A stretch of DNA of 64,000 nt from the human T2T-CHM13v2.0 reference genome, Homo sapiens (GCF_009914755.1 NC_060936.1), one strand, 5' to 3'. Positions 31,875 to 48,169 are shown, numbered from the stretch's first letter. Notes: a model not told the origin generated them from the letters alone. Numbers and translations are program-made.

Positions 31875-32440
31875 CTATTAGTCTATAGTCACAGCTCTTT
31901 GGAGAAACGAAACCAATAGGATATGTTTCTATCTATCTGTCTACCTATCTACCTACCTCTCTGTAAATAAGAGAGATTGATATGGAAATTGGCTTATGTG
32001 ATGATGAAAACTGAGAAGTTCCACTATCTGCTCTCTGCAAGCTGGAGAAATAGGAAAGCAGGTGGTGTGTTTTTGTCTGAAAGCCTGAGAACCAGGAGAG
32101 ACAATGGTGTAACTCCCAGTTTAAGTACAAAGCCCTAAGAACGTAGTGGGGCACTGGTATAAGTCCAGGAGTCTGAAGGCCCAAGATCCAAAAGCTCCCA
32201 TGTCTGAGAGCAGAGAAGATGGATATTTCAACTCAGGAAGAGAGCAAATTCTTCCTTCCTCAATGTATTGGATCTTGGCTACCTACATTGATGAGGGTGG
32301 ATATTCTTTATTCCGTCTACTGATTCAAATGCTAATCTCTTCCCAAAACATCCTCACTGACACACCCAGAAAGAATGTTTTACCAGCTATCTCTGCATCT
32401 CTTTGCCCTGTCAAGTTGACACATAAAATTAACCATCATA
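31875..32440 (-). mobile_element. ERVL LTR (MLT2B-like)
   Basis: Reverse complement reads tatgatggttaattttatgtgtcaacttgac...gatagctggtaaaacattctttctgggtgtgtc...gattagcatttgaatcagtagac. Confidence 0.8.
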
Positions 32441-32690
32441 GTTACTGAGGGAGAAATGCTGAAGTCTCTGATTTTAACTGTGGATTTGTCCATTAAGCCT
32501 TTCAATTTTGTCAATTGTTTATGTGTTTTGAAGCTCTGTAGTTAGGCGCATACACATTTGGTATTGTTTTATATTCTTGATGAATTGGCTTATAAATTAT
32601 CTTTCTTTATCTTTTATAATTTTATGTGTTCTGAAGTCTATCCTGTCTGATATTAATATAACCAGTCCGATTTTTAAAATTAGTGTTTAT

Positions 32691-33124
32691 CAATAGCAAA
32701 GACTCAGAACCAACCCAAATGTCCATCAATGGTAGACTGGATTAAGACAATGTGGCACACATACACCATGGAATACTATGCAGCCATAAAAAAGGATGAG
32801 TTCATGTCCTTTGCAGGGACATGGATGAAGCTGGAAACCATCATTATGAGCAAACTATCACAAGGACAGAAAACCAAACACCACATGTTCTCACTTATAG
32901 GTGGGAAATGAACAAGGAGAACACTTGGACACAGGGCGGGGAACATCACACACTGGGGCCTGTCATGAGGTGGGGGGCTAGGGGAGGGATAGCATATACG
33001 TAATGTAAATGACGAGTTAATGGGTGCAGCAAACCAACATGGCACATGTATGCCTATGTAACAAACCTGCACGTTGTGCACATGCACCCTAGAACTTAAA
33101 GTATAATAATAAAAAAATAAATAA
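32691..33124 (+). mobile_element. 5'-truncated primate L1PA 3' end (approx. L1PA5-6)
   Basis: ORF2 C-terminus (DWIKTMWHTYTMEYYAAIKKDEFMSFAGTWMKLETII), 3'UTR ending cctagaacttaaagtataataat and an A tail. TSD ttagtgttt. Confidence 0.9.
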
Positions 33125-33972
33125 AGTTAGTGTTTGTGTGATATATATATATACATTTTCCATTCTCTCACTTTTAACTTACCATTATTGTCGTGTTTGA
33201 AGTGAGTTTCTTGTAAACAGCTTATACTTACATCATTATATAAAATTTAATCTGACAATTTGTATCTTTTAATTGGCATTGTATTAAATTTAATTATTGG
33301 TAAGTTTGGATTTAGGTCTATCATTTTAATATTTGTTGTCTCTTTATTGGATTTTTTTTGGTTCTTCTGTTTCCCCTTTTCTAACTTATTTAGGTTTATC
33401 GAAGCATATTTTAGCAGGTCATTTAAACTTGTTTTGATTTTGAGTATTTTTTGGTATATATTTTTTAGTGGTTAATCTTGGTATTACAAAATACAGTCTT
33501 AATTTTTCACAGTTTATATAGAATCAATATTTTATAACTTCAATTTGTTTTTTCTGTTTGTTTTAGATACAAGGTCTTGCTATACTGCCCAGGCTGCTGG
33601 TCTTGCACTCCTGGGCTCAAACTATCCTTCCCCTTCAGCCTCCCAAGCAGCTGGCATTACAGGCCTGTGCCTCCATGCCTGGTTTTACTACTTCAATTTG
33701 AATGTAGAAATCTTGTCACTCTAAAGTTCCTTTGTCCTCTTGTCTTTATGCAATAGTTGCCTTACATATTACATTTACATATATTAAAAACTCCACTAGA
33801 TGATGTTATATTTTTTCCTTTCAACTGTCAAACATATTTTTTAAAATTCTGGAAGGGAAGAATAATCTATCGTATTTACCCAGATATCTACCACTTCTGT
33901 TACTCTTTCTCTATTCCTGATGTTCCATTTTTTTTCCTTCTGGTATCGGAAGAGCTTTCTTTACCATATCTA

Positions 33973-34264
33973 TTTTTTTTTTATTTAAGATACAAGGTCT
34001 TGCTCTGTTGCCCAGGCTGGAGTGCAGTGGTGCAGTCATAGCTCTCTGCAGCCTTGAACTTCTAGAATCAAGTGATCCTCCCACCTCAGCCTCCCGAGTA
34101 GCTGGGACTAGAGGTGTGTGCCACCGCACCCTTCTAATTTTTAAATTTTTTGTAGAGATGGGATCTTGCTTTATTGTCCAGGCTGGTCTCAAATTATTGG
34201 CCTCAAGTTACCCTCCTGCCTCCCAAAGTGCTGGGGTCACAGTCATGAGCCACTGTACCTGGCC
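33973..34264 (-). mobile_element. Alu (AluJ-like)
   Basis: Antisense Alu. A shorter Alu fragment also lies at ~33545-33683. Confidence 0.85.
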
Positions 34265-34312
34265 CTTTTAGTATATTTTTAGAGCATGTCTGCTGGATAT
34301 AAATTTTCTTAG

Positions 34313-34687
<375 letters not shown>

Positions 34688-34695
34688 CTTCCTGA

Positions 34696-35048
<353 letters not shown>

Positions 35049-36004
35049 TTATTTTAGTTTTTGAAAAATGTTTTTTTTCTTGCCTCCATGGTTTCTGATG
35101 AGAAATCTTCAGTTATTTTAAATAGTGTCTGCCTATAGGTAATGTGCTCTTTTTCTCTGCCTACTTTTGCTACTTTTCCTTTGCCTTTAGTTTTCCGCAG
35201 TTTGATTATGATGTCTCTGGGCATGGATTTTTGTTTGGGATTTGCTCAGCTTTTGAGTATGTAGGTTTATGTTTTTTATTGAACTTGCAAAGTTTACGGT
35301 TATTATTTCTTAAAAAGATTGTCTTAGCCCCACACTCTCTCCTCTTCTACCAGAATATCGAAGACGTAAATGTTAGGCTGTGTTTATTGTCCCACAGGTC
35401 CCTGATATTCTACTGTTTTTCTTTTAATAATTTTTCTCTATTGTTCAGACTGCTTAATCTTTATTGATCTAGCTTCAAGTTCAACATCTTTTTTTATTTG
35501 TTATTGTATTTTCTAGTTCTAAAACTTCCATTTGTTTTTTCTTTATATTTTTATTTTTTTCCACTTGTGTGTGTGTGTGTGTTTCCAATTCTATCAAATC
35601 GTATTGTAAACACAATTTAACTTTTTCTATGAGAGACATTTGTTATGGTACAGGTACAGTTGATGTTGTTGCAAAAGCAAATGAGACTAAAAGCAGATTC
35701 GATGTTAATCCTAGAGACCTTTTCTACTTTCTATTTTAACTTTTGTTTCAACAGTGTTTGTGATTACTCATTTGAGCATTTTCATAATAGCTGCTTTACA
35801 TTCTGTCGGATAATTTCAACGTCTATACCATCTTATTATTGGTCATGAAAAGTTCTCTCTGAAGAAGTGGTAACTGAACTAAAGCCTGAGTAATAATAAT
35901 AAAGACAGAGGATCCCAGGCAGGGGAAACAAGATGGGCAAAGTCCTCCAGGAGGGAATGACCAAGATGAGGTAGAGAATAAAGGGCAGTGTTTCTGGAGC
36001 ATGG

Positions 36005-36260
36005 CAGCTTAGCTTGGGCTTTCATAACAAAGTACCATAGACTGGGGTTTAAACAACAGAAATTTATATCTCATCATCTGGAGGGTGGGAAGTCCAAGAT
36101 CAGGTGCCAGCATACTCAGGTTCTGGTGAAGGCTCTCTTTCTGGTTTACAGACAGATGCCTTCTTGTTTTGTCCTCATATGGCAGAGACAGATAATCTCC
36201 CTCATGTCTCTTCTTGTAAGGGGAATAATTCCACACATGAGGGCTCTGCCTTTGTGACCA
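36005..36260 (-). mobile_element. MLT1A/B-like LTR fragment
   Basis: cataacaaagtaccatagactgggg...aaacaacagaaatttat...gaagtccaagatcagg. Confidence 0.7.
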
Positions 36261-37977
36261 GCTGGAAGTTTTCCAGCAAAGAAGAGTAGGGTGGGGAAGA
36301 TAATTCTGATATTTTGAGCCCAGGGACATGAGGAATAGAGGTACCACTGGCTAGGAATGAAAGCTTAACCAGCAGTTTAGCACTGTGGAGTGGAAATTGA
36401 CTGATTGCTTGTTCAACATTCATTCACCCTTCTTTGAGTTCCAGATTCTGATTTTCATTCTATTCCTTACCCACTATATCAGTCAGTATAGGTTGTAGGT
36501 ATATGCTATAGCAACAACAGTTCCAACATCTTAGTGGCTTAAGACAACAAAATTTCATCTTAATTTTGCTCACATTATGTATAAAACTTGGACTGCTGGA
36601 GGGGGTCAGCTCATTGGGGTCAGCTCATTGGAGTCACTCAGTTGAAGGTTTCATCCACTCACTCACAAGTTTCTGCAGTCAGTGAGGCAGTGAAAACTTG
36701 AGTATGGTCTTCCATATGGAAGTGACATGTATCACTTCCACTCACCTGCTGTGAGGCACAGCAAGGCATATAGTCACACTAACTTCAAATGAGCAGGAAA
36801 TGAAATCCTTGCACGTGCCTAGAAGTAGAACTACAGACATTTGTTGAACAGCATCAATGACTGCTCTATTTCCTATCAATCCTTACAGCCTGAATGTGGG
36901 TCTGCCCCAGGACCCAGGGATTGAACGCCTGACTCAATGCTGCTTCAGTCAGCTCAACACATTCCCTTGATCACAGGGATTGGTTTAGGCATGGGCACAC
37001 GACCCAGTGAAATGCAGTGGACATTTTTCTGCAGATGCTAGGGTGTAGAAAGATGTTTCAGCAGCCGTTTTGTGACAGTGAGGCATGAGGCTGATAGAGA
37101 ATGGAGCCAACAGGAAGTAAGTGGAGACTGAGAAATAGAAAAAAAATTCCCAATGCCATTGACTAGGCCCTGAAGATGGCCATACCATCCTCTGGGATTT
37201 TAATAGCTTGAGTGTAAATACATACTTTCCTCCTTTTTGGTTAAGTCTGTTGTATTTTCTGTTTCTTGCAACAGAGAGCACCCTGATTGATATTGTCCTG
37301 AAGAAGGTTTTGAGGAAGGACATTATGGTAAATTCCTTTTATTGTTATGGGTGAAGTTACAGTACCTCATACATCACAAAATTGTGGTACAATTCAATTG
37401 ATTTTCAAACCAGATATCTTTTTTGATTTTTAGTTTAATTCTCTTTCTAGGGCCTTCACAAAATTAAGTATTGGAACACTTGTTGGTATAGGATTTCCCC
37501 AGAATACGTCCCTTGACATGCAATTCTCTTTTTGGAGGTTTTTCGAGCTTGACATTGTTATTCACTGAGACAGTGAGTGAGGTATTAATGGCTAGTTTTG
37601 CTGCAGTGGTTCAGCATGACTTTCTAAAAGGTGCAAGGTAATTGATTGTCTTTTCCCCTGCAGTTGATTTTGCTTCCAAATGACAAATCATACTGTTTGC
37701 TGGACGGTCTGTTAATTGGTCATGTGATGATGGTGGTGGTGATGACAGATGATAATGTAGTGCCTCACTGTCTAATAGGATTCCACCTTTTAATATCTAG
37801 AGTTGTTTATTCCTCAGTTACAGGTGGGTGAAAATAAAAATGGACTCATTGGTAGGTATCCCATGACTTTGGCTGAGTTCAGAGGCAAAGTGAAAAAGCC
37901 ACTCTGGACTGAGAAATCACCTGAGTAATCAAGATAAGGCCCCAATCCACTTGTCATACTGTGTCAGTTAGAGATTC

Positions 37978-38285
37978 TTTTTCTTTTATTTTTTCTTTTC
38001 TTTTTGAGATGGAGTCTCACTCTGTCACCCAGGCTGGAGTATGGTGGCACAATCTCGGCTCACTGCAACCCCGCCTACCGGGTTCAAGCGATTCTTCTGC
38101 CTCAGCCTCCTGAGTAGCTGGGACTACAGGTATGCGCCACCATGCCCAGCTAATTTTTTGTATTTTTAGTAGAGATGGGGTTTCACCATGTTGGCCAGGC
38201 TGGTCTCGAACTCCAGACCTCGTGATCTGCCTGCCTCAACTTCCCAAAGTGCTGGGATTACAGGCGTGAGCCACCGTGCCTGGCC
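37978..38285 (-). mobile_element. Alu (AluS-like)
   Basis: Antisense Alu. Confidence 0.9.
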
Positions 38286-38429
38286 AAGATTATTTTTCAA
38301 GTACATGTAATAAACACAAGATTCCAGTGGCTTAGGCAAGTAGAGGGGCAATATGGCAGTTCTGCAATGTCACCAGGGACTCGAGCACCTTCTAGCCTGT
38401 GGCTCTGTCATTCTTAGCTTATGGGATAT

Positions 38430-41400
38430 TTCAGGCAGGTGTATTTAGGTGTAACTCATATACGAAAATAATCACTCTTTCTAGAGTACAGCTCCATGAG
38501 TTTCGACAAACACATAGTCATGTAACCACTACCATTACAAGACACAAAATTTGTCCAACACTGCAAAAAATTTCCCTAAGAAGGGAAATATTTAATTTTT
38601 TGGTGGTGTTATTATACATGGTAATGTTTTAGATATTTAATATCATATGTAAAATGATATTTAAAATAGCATTTAAAAATTTAAATTCCCAATCATCCAT
38701 TGCTATTGTATCAAAGCAAATTAATTTTTTTATGTTGAACCTGTTTCTGTGACCTTGCTAAACTCACTTATTAGTTCTAGTAATTTATTTATTATAAAGT
38801 TCACTCCTTTAAAGTGCACAGTTCAATGTTTCTTAGTGTGTTGACAGTCATGTAAAAACCATCATAATCTAATTTTAGAACATTTTATCACCCAAATAGT
38901 TATCGTTCTTTCATTTTGACTTCTAGTTCAATTCCATTACCATTAAGAGGACATACTTTATAGAATTTCAAAATTTCATATTTGCTGAGGTTTATTTTAT
39001 GGCCCAGAGTATGGTCTAATCGGTGTATATTTTATGTGCACTGAAAAAGGATGTAATTTCTTTGTTGTGGGACGGAGCGTTCTATAAATGTCATTAAGCC
39101 AAGTAAGTTGATAATGTTAGTCAGTCTTCTGTATCCTTACTGATTTTCTGTCTACTTATTTTATTGATTACTGAGAGAGGAGTCTCTAAATATAACTGGA
39201 TTTGTCCGTTTCTCCTTTCAGCTGTAGTGGCTTTTGGCATGTATTTGTGGTTCTTTTGTTAGAGAGATACCTACCGAGGATTGCTATGTGTTGTTGGTGA
39301 ATTCACCCCTTTATCCTTATGTAATGACCCTCTTTATCCCTAATGGCCTCTCTTGTTCTGAAGTCTACTTTTTCCACTCCAGACAGCCACTCCAGTTTTC
39401 TTCTATTTGGTGTTCCATGGTATGTCTTTTCACTCTGCTTGTACTTTTAACCTCACTAAGTATTTATATTTAAAATGTGTTTCTTGTAGATAGAAAATAG
39501 TTGGGTCTTTTTGTTTTATCCAGGGAATCTCTATCTTCTCTTTGGTGTATTCAGATCATTAAAGGTCAGTGCAATGATTGATATGATTGGAATAAAATTG
39601 GACATCTTTGCCAGTTATTTTCTATTTGTTCCATCTGTCCTTTGTTCTCTCCTTCCTTCTTTCTCCATCTGCTTTTGGATTAATTCAGAATGTATGATTC
39701 CTTTTCATGTATATTATTGGCTTATTATTTATCCCTCTATAACATTTTCTCCCAGGGGTTGTCCTAAGGCTTACCAAATGCTTTTTTCCCACCCCCTGTG
39801 GTTGTCATAAAATCTATCTCTTCAAATTACCTTCCAATAATATTATGCCACTCCATGTATCGTGTGAGCACCTCAGGACAGGGTACTCCTACTTCCTCCC
39901 TCCCACGTTTTATTACATTTAGTCGTAAATTCTACTTTTACAAATGCTATCAACCCACAGCACCTTCTACTCTTTTGTCATTAGACAGTCAATGTTTTCT
40001 TTCCATGGCAACTGAAAATAAGAAAAACGCCTTTTATACTTACTTCAAATTTAATCATTTCTGAGTGTCTTCATTTCTTTGTGTAGATCCAAGTTTCTGT
40101 GTGGTGTCATAGTGCTCTGTCTAAAGAGCTTCTTTCACATTTCTTGTAGTTCTGGTTTCTGATAATAAATTCTGTCACTTTCTGTTTGAAAAATAGCTTA
40201 TATCTCTTTCTTTTTTTGAGATATAATTTACAGACAATAAAGTTCATTTTTAAGTGTAAAATTCAGTGGTTTTGAGTATATTCACAAGGTTGTGCAACCA
40301 TCATCACTATTTAATTTCAGAACATTTTCATCAACCCCCAAAGGAAGCTTGTATCCAGTGGCAGTCACTCCCCCCTTCCCCCATTCCCAGACTTGTCATT
40401 CATTTCTGAAAGATATTCTTACTGGATATAGAATTCTGGGTTGACAGGGCCCTCCTCATCCTCCTGACCCCACAGCACTTTAGATACTTCATGACATCAT
40501 CCTTTGGCTTACATAGTTATTGATAAGAAGTCTACTGTAATTCTGATTTTTTCTTCTCTGTACATAGTGTATATTTTTCCTTTTGCTGCCTTCATGATTT
40601 TGCTTTTATATTTGATTTTTGGCAGTGTGATGATAATGTGTCTAAATGTTTCTAGGGGTATGTGTGTTTGATATTTATCTTGCTTGGGATTGTCTGAGCT
40701 TCTTGGGTCTGTAATTGAATATCTTTCTTTCTTTCTTTTTAAATTCTTAGACTTTATGTCTTCAAACTTTTTTCTGTCTTATTTTCTCACGTCTACATCT
40801 ACAATTCCAATTACACATATGTTAGATTATTTGCTATTGTGACATTGCTCTTTCATGCTCTGATTTAAAAAATATATATATTTTCTTTTTCACTTTGTGT
40901 TTCAGTTTGGATAATTTTAATTGACCTATCACAATGTTAATGGATTCTTTCCTTGCCTGTGTGGAGTGTACTGATGAACACAGAGAAGGAATGTTTTATC
41001 TGTAATCTACCTTTTTTTAGTGATAGCATTTCCATTTCCTTGCCTGTGTGGAGTGTACTGATGAACCCAGAGAAGGAATGTTTCATCTGTTATCTGCTCT
41101 TTTTTAGTGATAGCATTTCCATTTGACTCCTTCATATAACTTCCATCTCTCTGCAGAAATTCTCCATTTATTCATCAGCGTTGTCATCATTTTTCCAGTA
41201 AAACATTTAACATATTGATCATAGTTGTTTAAACTGGTCTATCTTCTAGTTTGATTGCTTCGTTTCTTGGCAGTGGGTTGTTTTTCTTTCTCTTTTGTGT
41301 GTGTCATAATTTTAGAATGAGTGCTGGACATCACACATAGGACAGTGGAGACTAAGATAAGTAGTATTTATGCCAGGAAATGGGGAAAAGTCTTCTCTGC

Positions 41401-42540
41401 TAGGTCATTAATGCATGTGTGTCCTTGCATGTGTGGGTGTGTGCAGATGTGTGTGTTTATGTGCATGTGTGTAAGGTATGTGTGTTGGTGTGTTTATGTG
41501 CATGTGTGTAAGGTATGTGTGTTGGTGTGTATATGTGCATGTGTGTGTGATATGTGTGTTAAGTCAATCAGGCGAGTTGAGCTGGGTTTGGGTTCTGTTG
41601 CTATGGTTGCCTTCAGTCCACTGGTAGCTTCACATTCCTCTGGCAGAATCTTGCGCTTTGGGTGGGGTTTGGTTTGGCAGAAGGTTTTTCTCAGTGTTTC
41701 TGCTCTACTTTCAGTTTTAAGTGTTTCTTGTGTGCCAGAATGTCAGAGCGGCTCTCCTCTGGCTCCTGCCCTCTCAGTCCTAGAACGCTGGATCTTGCAA
41801 GCCTGGGCATGGGGAATAGAGAAGGTTCTGAGGCCCGGCCTCAGTCTTAGGTGGACTTTGTGTCTCTGTGTCTTGAGATGGATTTTCTTGGTGGCCCTGC
41901 CCCTCTCCCATTTGAAGGAGATCTTTGATGATCTGGACCCAGGAGAGTTTCTGCCTCTGCCCTGGGAATAGAGGGTAGTTTCTCCCCACTGCATCCCAGA
42001 GGTTCTTCCCTGTGCCCTGCGGCTGGCAGGGCTGGCTGTCCTTCCCCCAGCAGCACAAGGACTGCTTGTGCTTTGTTCCTTGGGGAGAAAGGTCCAGGCA
42101 GGGCTTTGTGCCCTTGCACAGTGATGGCCACTCACTTCTCCAGCTGTGCAGAGTGGTTCTCTCCAGCCTCCTGCCTGCCCCCAGTCCTTCTTCTGTACCT
42201 GCTGGGCATCCAGGGAGAAGAGGCCGAGATGGGAACAAACTTCCTTGGTGTGCAGCTGCCAGCAGTCTATGCTCTCTCTCCAGCCTACACCAGCCTTTAG
42301 AAATCCATCAAAAGCTTTTGCTGAATGCTTCTTACCTGTTGAGCTCACGCTCTGCCACCTGCGAGATGACGCTCATGTCCCATTTCTCCTTAGACCTATC
42401 TTCCCCTAGATTTCGGGCAGGGTGATTTCCTTGAACCTCAGCTCTCTGATGGGTTCAAGAAAAGTTAAGATTTTGTAGATTACCTGGCTTTTTCTCGTGA
42501 TGGGAGTGATGTTCTTTCCAGCTTTTTACATCCCAGGAGG
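38430..42540 (-). mobile_element. Old L1 (L1M class) antisense remnants
   Basis: L1M 3'-end motifs (aagtgtaaaattcagtggttttgagtatattcacaaggttgtgcaaccatca) and T-rich antisense ORF-like composition. Confidence 0.7.
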
Positions 42541-43010
42541 AAAAGCTTGTGGTTTTCATTCTCATGGTTGAGGACAGCTGCTCCACCTCAGCTTAGCATT
42601 TCCACATTCCAGCCAGAAAGGTCAAGGTCAGAAGCCTTCAGGAAGAACAAAGGTCAAAAGGAGTTTGCCTTTTCAAAATGTCTTCTCAGAAGCCCATTCA
42701 AGAGACTTCTGCCTGTCTCTCATTGCCTGTAGGTCACATGGCCACCCCTAGCTGAAAGGGAAGTAACCTTTTTACTTGTGCATATTGGCACCCAAATATA
42801 TTTGCAATTCTGCATACAGAGAAAGAAGAGAACAGATTTGAGTAGGCAATTAGCAATGTCCTCTGTGCATATTCTTGCTGAAAACACTCCTTACCAACTA
42901 AGCAGTTTGTTACACTTTCATCCTTGCTCTCATTGTCCTTGAAAACTGGATAAAAGCTATGGACCTTCTCCCCCCAAAATTCACATATGCACATTCAAAA
43001 TGTGCACGTG

Positions 43011-43294
43011 GGCCGGGCATGGTGGCTCACGCCTGTAATCCTAGCACTTTGGAAGGCTGAGGCGGGCAGATCACCTGACATCAGGAGTTCGAGACCAGCC
43101 TGGCGAATACGGTGAAAACCCACCTCTACTAAAAATACAAAAAATTAGCCAGGCGTGGTGGTAGGTGCCTGTAATCCCAGCTACTTGGGAGGTTGAGGCA
43201 GGAGAATCGCTTGAGCCCTGGAGGTGGAGGTTGCAGTGAGTGGATGACAAAGTGCCTGGTGACAAAGTGAGACTCCGTCACCAAAAAAAAAAAA
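43011..43294 (+). mobile_element. Alu (AluSx-like)
   Basis: Alu with a deletion in the right arm and a poly-A tail. Confidence 0.88.
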
Positions 43295-43360
43295 GTATAT
43301 GTGATCCAGAGCATTTCCTGATCCCTGAAGTCTATCCGTGAATGCCTTTGGGATCCTTGG

Positions 43361-43980
43361 TGATACAGGAGCTAAAAAGAAATGATTTAGGTGGTTAGTG
43401 AAGGTACGGGAGTCCTTGGTAAGGTTTCCTTTTAATAAGAAAGCAGCCTCCAAGTCATTTCTTTTCTAACAAAAAGCAGCCTGAAAAATCGAGCTGCCAG
43501 TGTAGATAAGTAAGCTGGAAGCCTGCATAGGTGAATGCTGGCAGCTGTGCCAATAGAAAAGGGAAACCTGGAAGCCAGGTATGTTCAACATGGAGGTTCC
43601 CTCTTCCCTTTTCTTTGTCGCCACGTGTGCGGTCGTCATGGTGCCAGCCAAGTAAAGACTCCATTTGCATAATAAAAGATTAGAGTGGGATAGCCAGCCT
43701 CTTCCGGGCTATGTAAATGGCATATCTGGTCCAACCAATCCACTACACCCTATGTAAATCGACACCGCCTCCTCAAGCTCATCTATGAAATCAAACACAT
43801 CTCACCCCAAACCCAGAAACCCGCTGGGTCCCCCTCCCTTTACACAAGGCAGCGCTCTTCTTTCTTTCGCCTATGAAACTTTCTGCTCTTAAACCTACTC
43901 CTTGTGTGTCCATGTCTTTGATTTCCTTAGCAGGAGACAACAAACCCCAGGGATTTCCCCAGACAAACGATGCTGCTTCA
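43361..43980 (+). mobile_element. ERV1-class solo LTR (most like the LTR9/HUERS-P3 family)
   Basis: 620 bp with TG...CA termini (tgatacaggagc...gctgcttca) and 4-bp TSD ttgg. Internal CCAAT and octamer motifs. Family name is from recall. Confidence 0.75.
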
Positions 43981-45844
43981 TTGGGACTAACTTACGCGAG
44001 TGTCTCGTTCTTGGTTCTCTGAGAGCAGAGCCCAGTGCCAACACTCACGTGTGAGCAGTGCTTTAGAGTGTGAGTCCAGGGGGCCAAAGTGGGGGACGGG
44101 GGCAACAGACACAGAAGTGGGGAAGCGGCAATGCAGGGAAATGCTACCGTGTTGCAACCATGATGGTTGGAGGGAGAAAAGCGGGTTTGTCCACTGGATC
44201 CTGCACTTCATGGGCTCGAGTACCTCACGTTTCTGGGTGCTTATGCCTGAGGCTGCAGGGCTTTCCCGGGCCTCCCATCTGCTGAGTCAGAGACCCCAGG
44301 GTGGAGCATGCTCTGGCTTCTGAGGGCATCGCCATCAGGAGCAACGCTGGTGGAAGCCAGTGTGAAGCTGATCATCCTACTGGTAGGTGGATAAGAAGTA
44401 GGGCAGAGAAGATTTAAAGAGGTGAATGAAAGGGGCCCCGTACACAGGCCCTCTTGATTATGTTGTTGACTCTCTCCAGCCTCAGCCCCTGCCACTTTCC
44501 CTACTTGTGCCTACTCTTCATTGAATATATAATTAATTGTGGTTTCTCAAATCTGTGTCACTGACCAGGACTCTTAATGACCAGGGACAGAAACCAAGCT
44601 CAAACTTGCTTGAGCCTAACATAAATTTCTCGGTGCCTGTCAGGGAATGCTGGCTTTAGGTCTTGTAGGATCCAAGGGCTCAGCTGACAGCATCAGGTTT
44701 TCTCTTGACCCTCTCCAAGGCTAGGCGGCTAGAGTCTCTATGTTTGCTTGTTATCTTCAGCTCTGTGTAATTCTTTTCTTTGTTGTGGGAAAAATGGGCA
44801 TCACCAGCCTTGATTGAAGACCATTCTGGATTAGCAACTGCAGTGGCTGAGGGAGTCTTTTCTCTCCCATGGTCAATCTATTGATCCCGGGGAAGACACT
44901 GATTGGTTCTGAGTGGGTCACATGTACACCTTTGGGCCATTCACAGTGCCTGTGGTATGGAGGAGCTGCAAGTGTTCCCACTGGGTCACAACTCCCCCGC
45001 AACACCTGCAGCTTCTGACAGTCCCGTCTGAGCTCACGGGTCGGTGGAAGAAACGTCCTTCAAAAGGAAAGCCGACAGGAGCCGGAGGGGAGGCTGGGCT
45101 GGTAGAAACAACACATGCCCACGGTCCATGGCATGCTGCATCGGAGCTTTAGCCCATTCCATAGCTTCTTTCCAGAATGTCCCATCCCTTAACCACTCAG
45201 AGAAAGAATTCTTGAACTCCTTCGTGTGACTTTCACAGTGAATTCGCCCCCAGGCTTCTAACACCGTTCATTTCCATGTACGTTGTGTGCTGCACACCCC
45301 TCCTAGCACACTGCTTACGAACTGCTGCTCCGCCTTGCTTATCTACACAGGAGTAAACGTGATGGACACACAACTCTTGCTGCCTCTCACAAATATGCCG
45401 GCGTATGGGAGGGTCTGAGCTGGAGGGAGGCGCACCTTGGATTGGTGTGAATCAGGCATCAGGAACTCCTGTGCTCACAGCTTGTCCAGCTCTCCCTCAG
45501 CATTTGGGCCACTCCACAGAATTCTTTGTTCAGGCCCGATCTGTCCTCCTGGGACATCTGAGCTGCTCAGCACCAGGAAACATGCTCTGTTGTGCGCAGG
45601 GCATCAGCTTTGCAAATAATCCAGTTACGTTCCCATTGGTAGCTGGCGTCACACTTTATGTCCTTGTAAAATTTTGAGTGGAGCCTAATCACAATGTAAG
45701 GTCTCATTTTTAATGTTTAATTAGCATCCTCCCAGTAAAGTCTGAAATATTTTACCAAAGCGTAACTATGTTTTTCATTCTTTAAGTAAAGTACACATGC
45801 ATGTGGCCCAAAACTATGACTTGAATGTTGAATGTGAGGCTGCC

Positions 45845-47197
<1,353 letters not shown>

Positions 47198-48169
47198 AAC
47201 GCTGAGTGCTCACCAAGTACCAAGCCCTGTTCTCGGGGCTGGGGTGCAGAGCGAACAGGCAGAAAGAAGGTCTCTGCTCTCATGGGGCCTACGCCTCGGT
47301 GGGGAGAGACTGACAATAAATGAAATAAACGTCTAAGATATGAAGTACATTGGATCGTGGTTAGTGGGATCGAGAAAATACAGCAGGGGAGGGCTTTAGG
47401 GGGAGGGAGACCTGCTGTCAAGGTGATGTTTGGGTGCCGAACACCCCGACGTTTGGGTGATGGAATGAGATGCTCAGAGACATCAGAGTTGCTTGGTTCC
47501 AGGCCCATGGACCACTCAAGGCCCTGTCTCAAATCTCCAGGCTTCAGGACACGCTGCTTTACATGGAGGCGGGCTCTTCATCTGGGCCTCTGAACAAGGC
47601 CTGAGACAGGACGCAGGGAAATAGCATGAGGCACGAGAGACTGTAGTCCGGGATGGAGAGTCAGAGTGAGTCTGAGGATGAGTGCAGATGCCTGCAGGGC
47701 AAGCTCTGCTGAATTGCTTTGCTATCTAGTTTTTATTACAGTCATTGAATCGGGGTGTCTCCCATTATCTGATGACAATTTTATGATGAAAAGAAACCAT
47801 GCTGGCTTTGTTCGGTCATGGAGATGGGAAAGGTCCGCATATTCAGCAATCTGTTGAATTCTTCCAGGTTAAAACTGGAGCTGAGAAAAACCTGCAGCTG
47901 CCTGTCCCTCCCTTCACCTCTTCCAGCGAGAGGCAGTGGGGGACTGGAGAGCTGATGAAATGGCAGAGATAAAGGTTGTAAATTAGTTTTCCCTGAAGCC
48001 GACCAGCCTGAGCAACAGGATAAAGGTCGTTATTACAGACAGCCCCCGGCCTTTGGAGTTCACAGTTTCTCCATTGCTAGGAGATGGAACTCTCTGGAAC
48101 CCTTCTCCAGCTCCACAGAGAGGCTCAGGCTATCAGAGGATCTGAGTGGTTGTAGGCTGCAGGCACAAG

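Noticed and set aside
35580-35725. Short non-L1-looking insert within the antisense L1
   Set aside because: No TSD, tail or recognisable source could be established by eye
41321-42425. Cluster of 130-216 aa ORFs
   Set aside because: Overlap a (TG)-rich tract and probable old L1 5' sequence, with no recognisable protein motif
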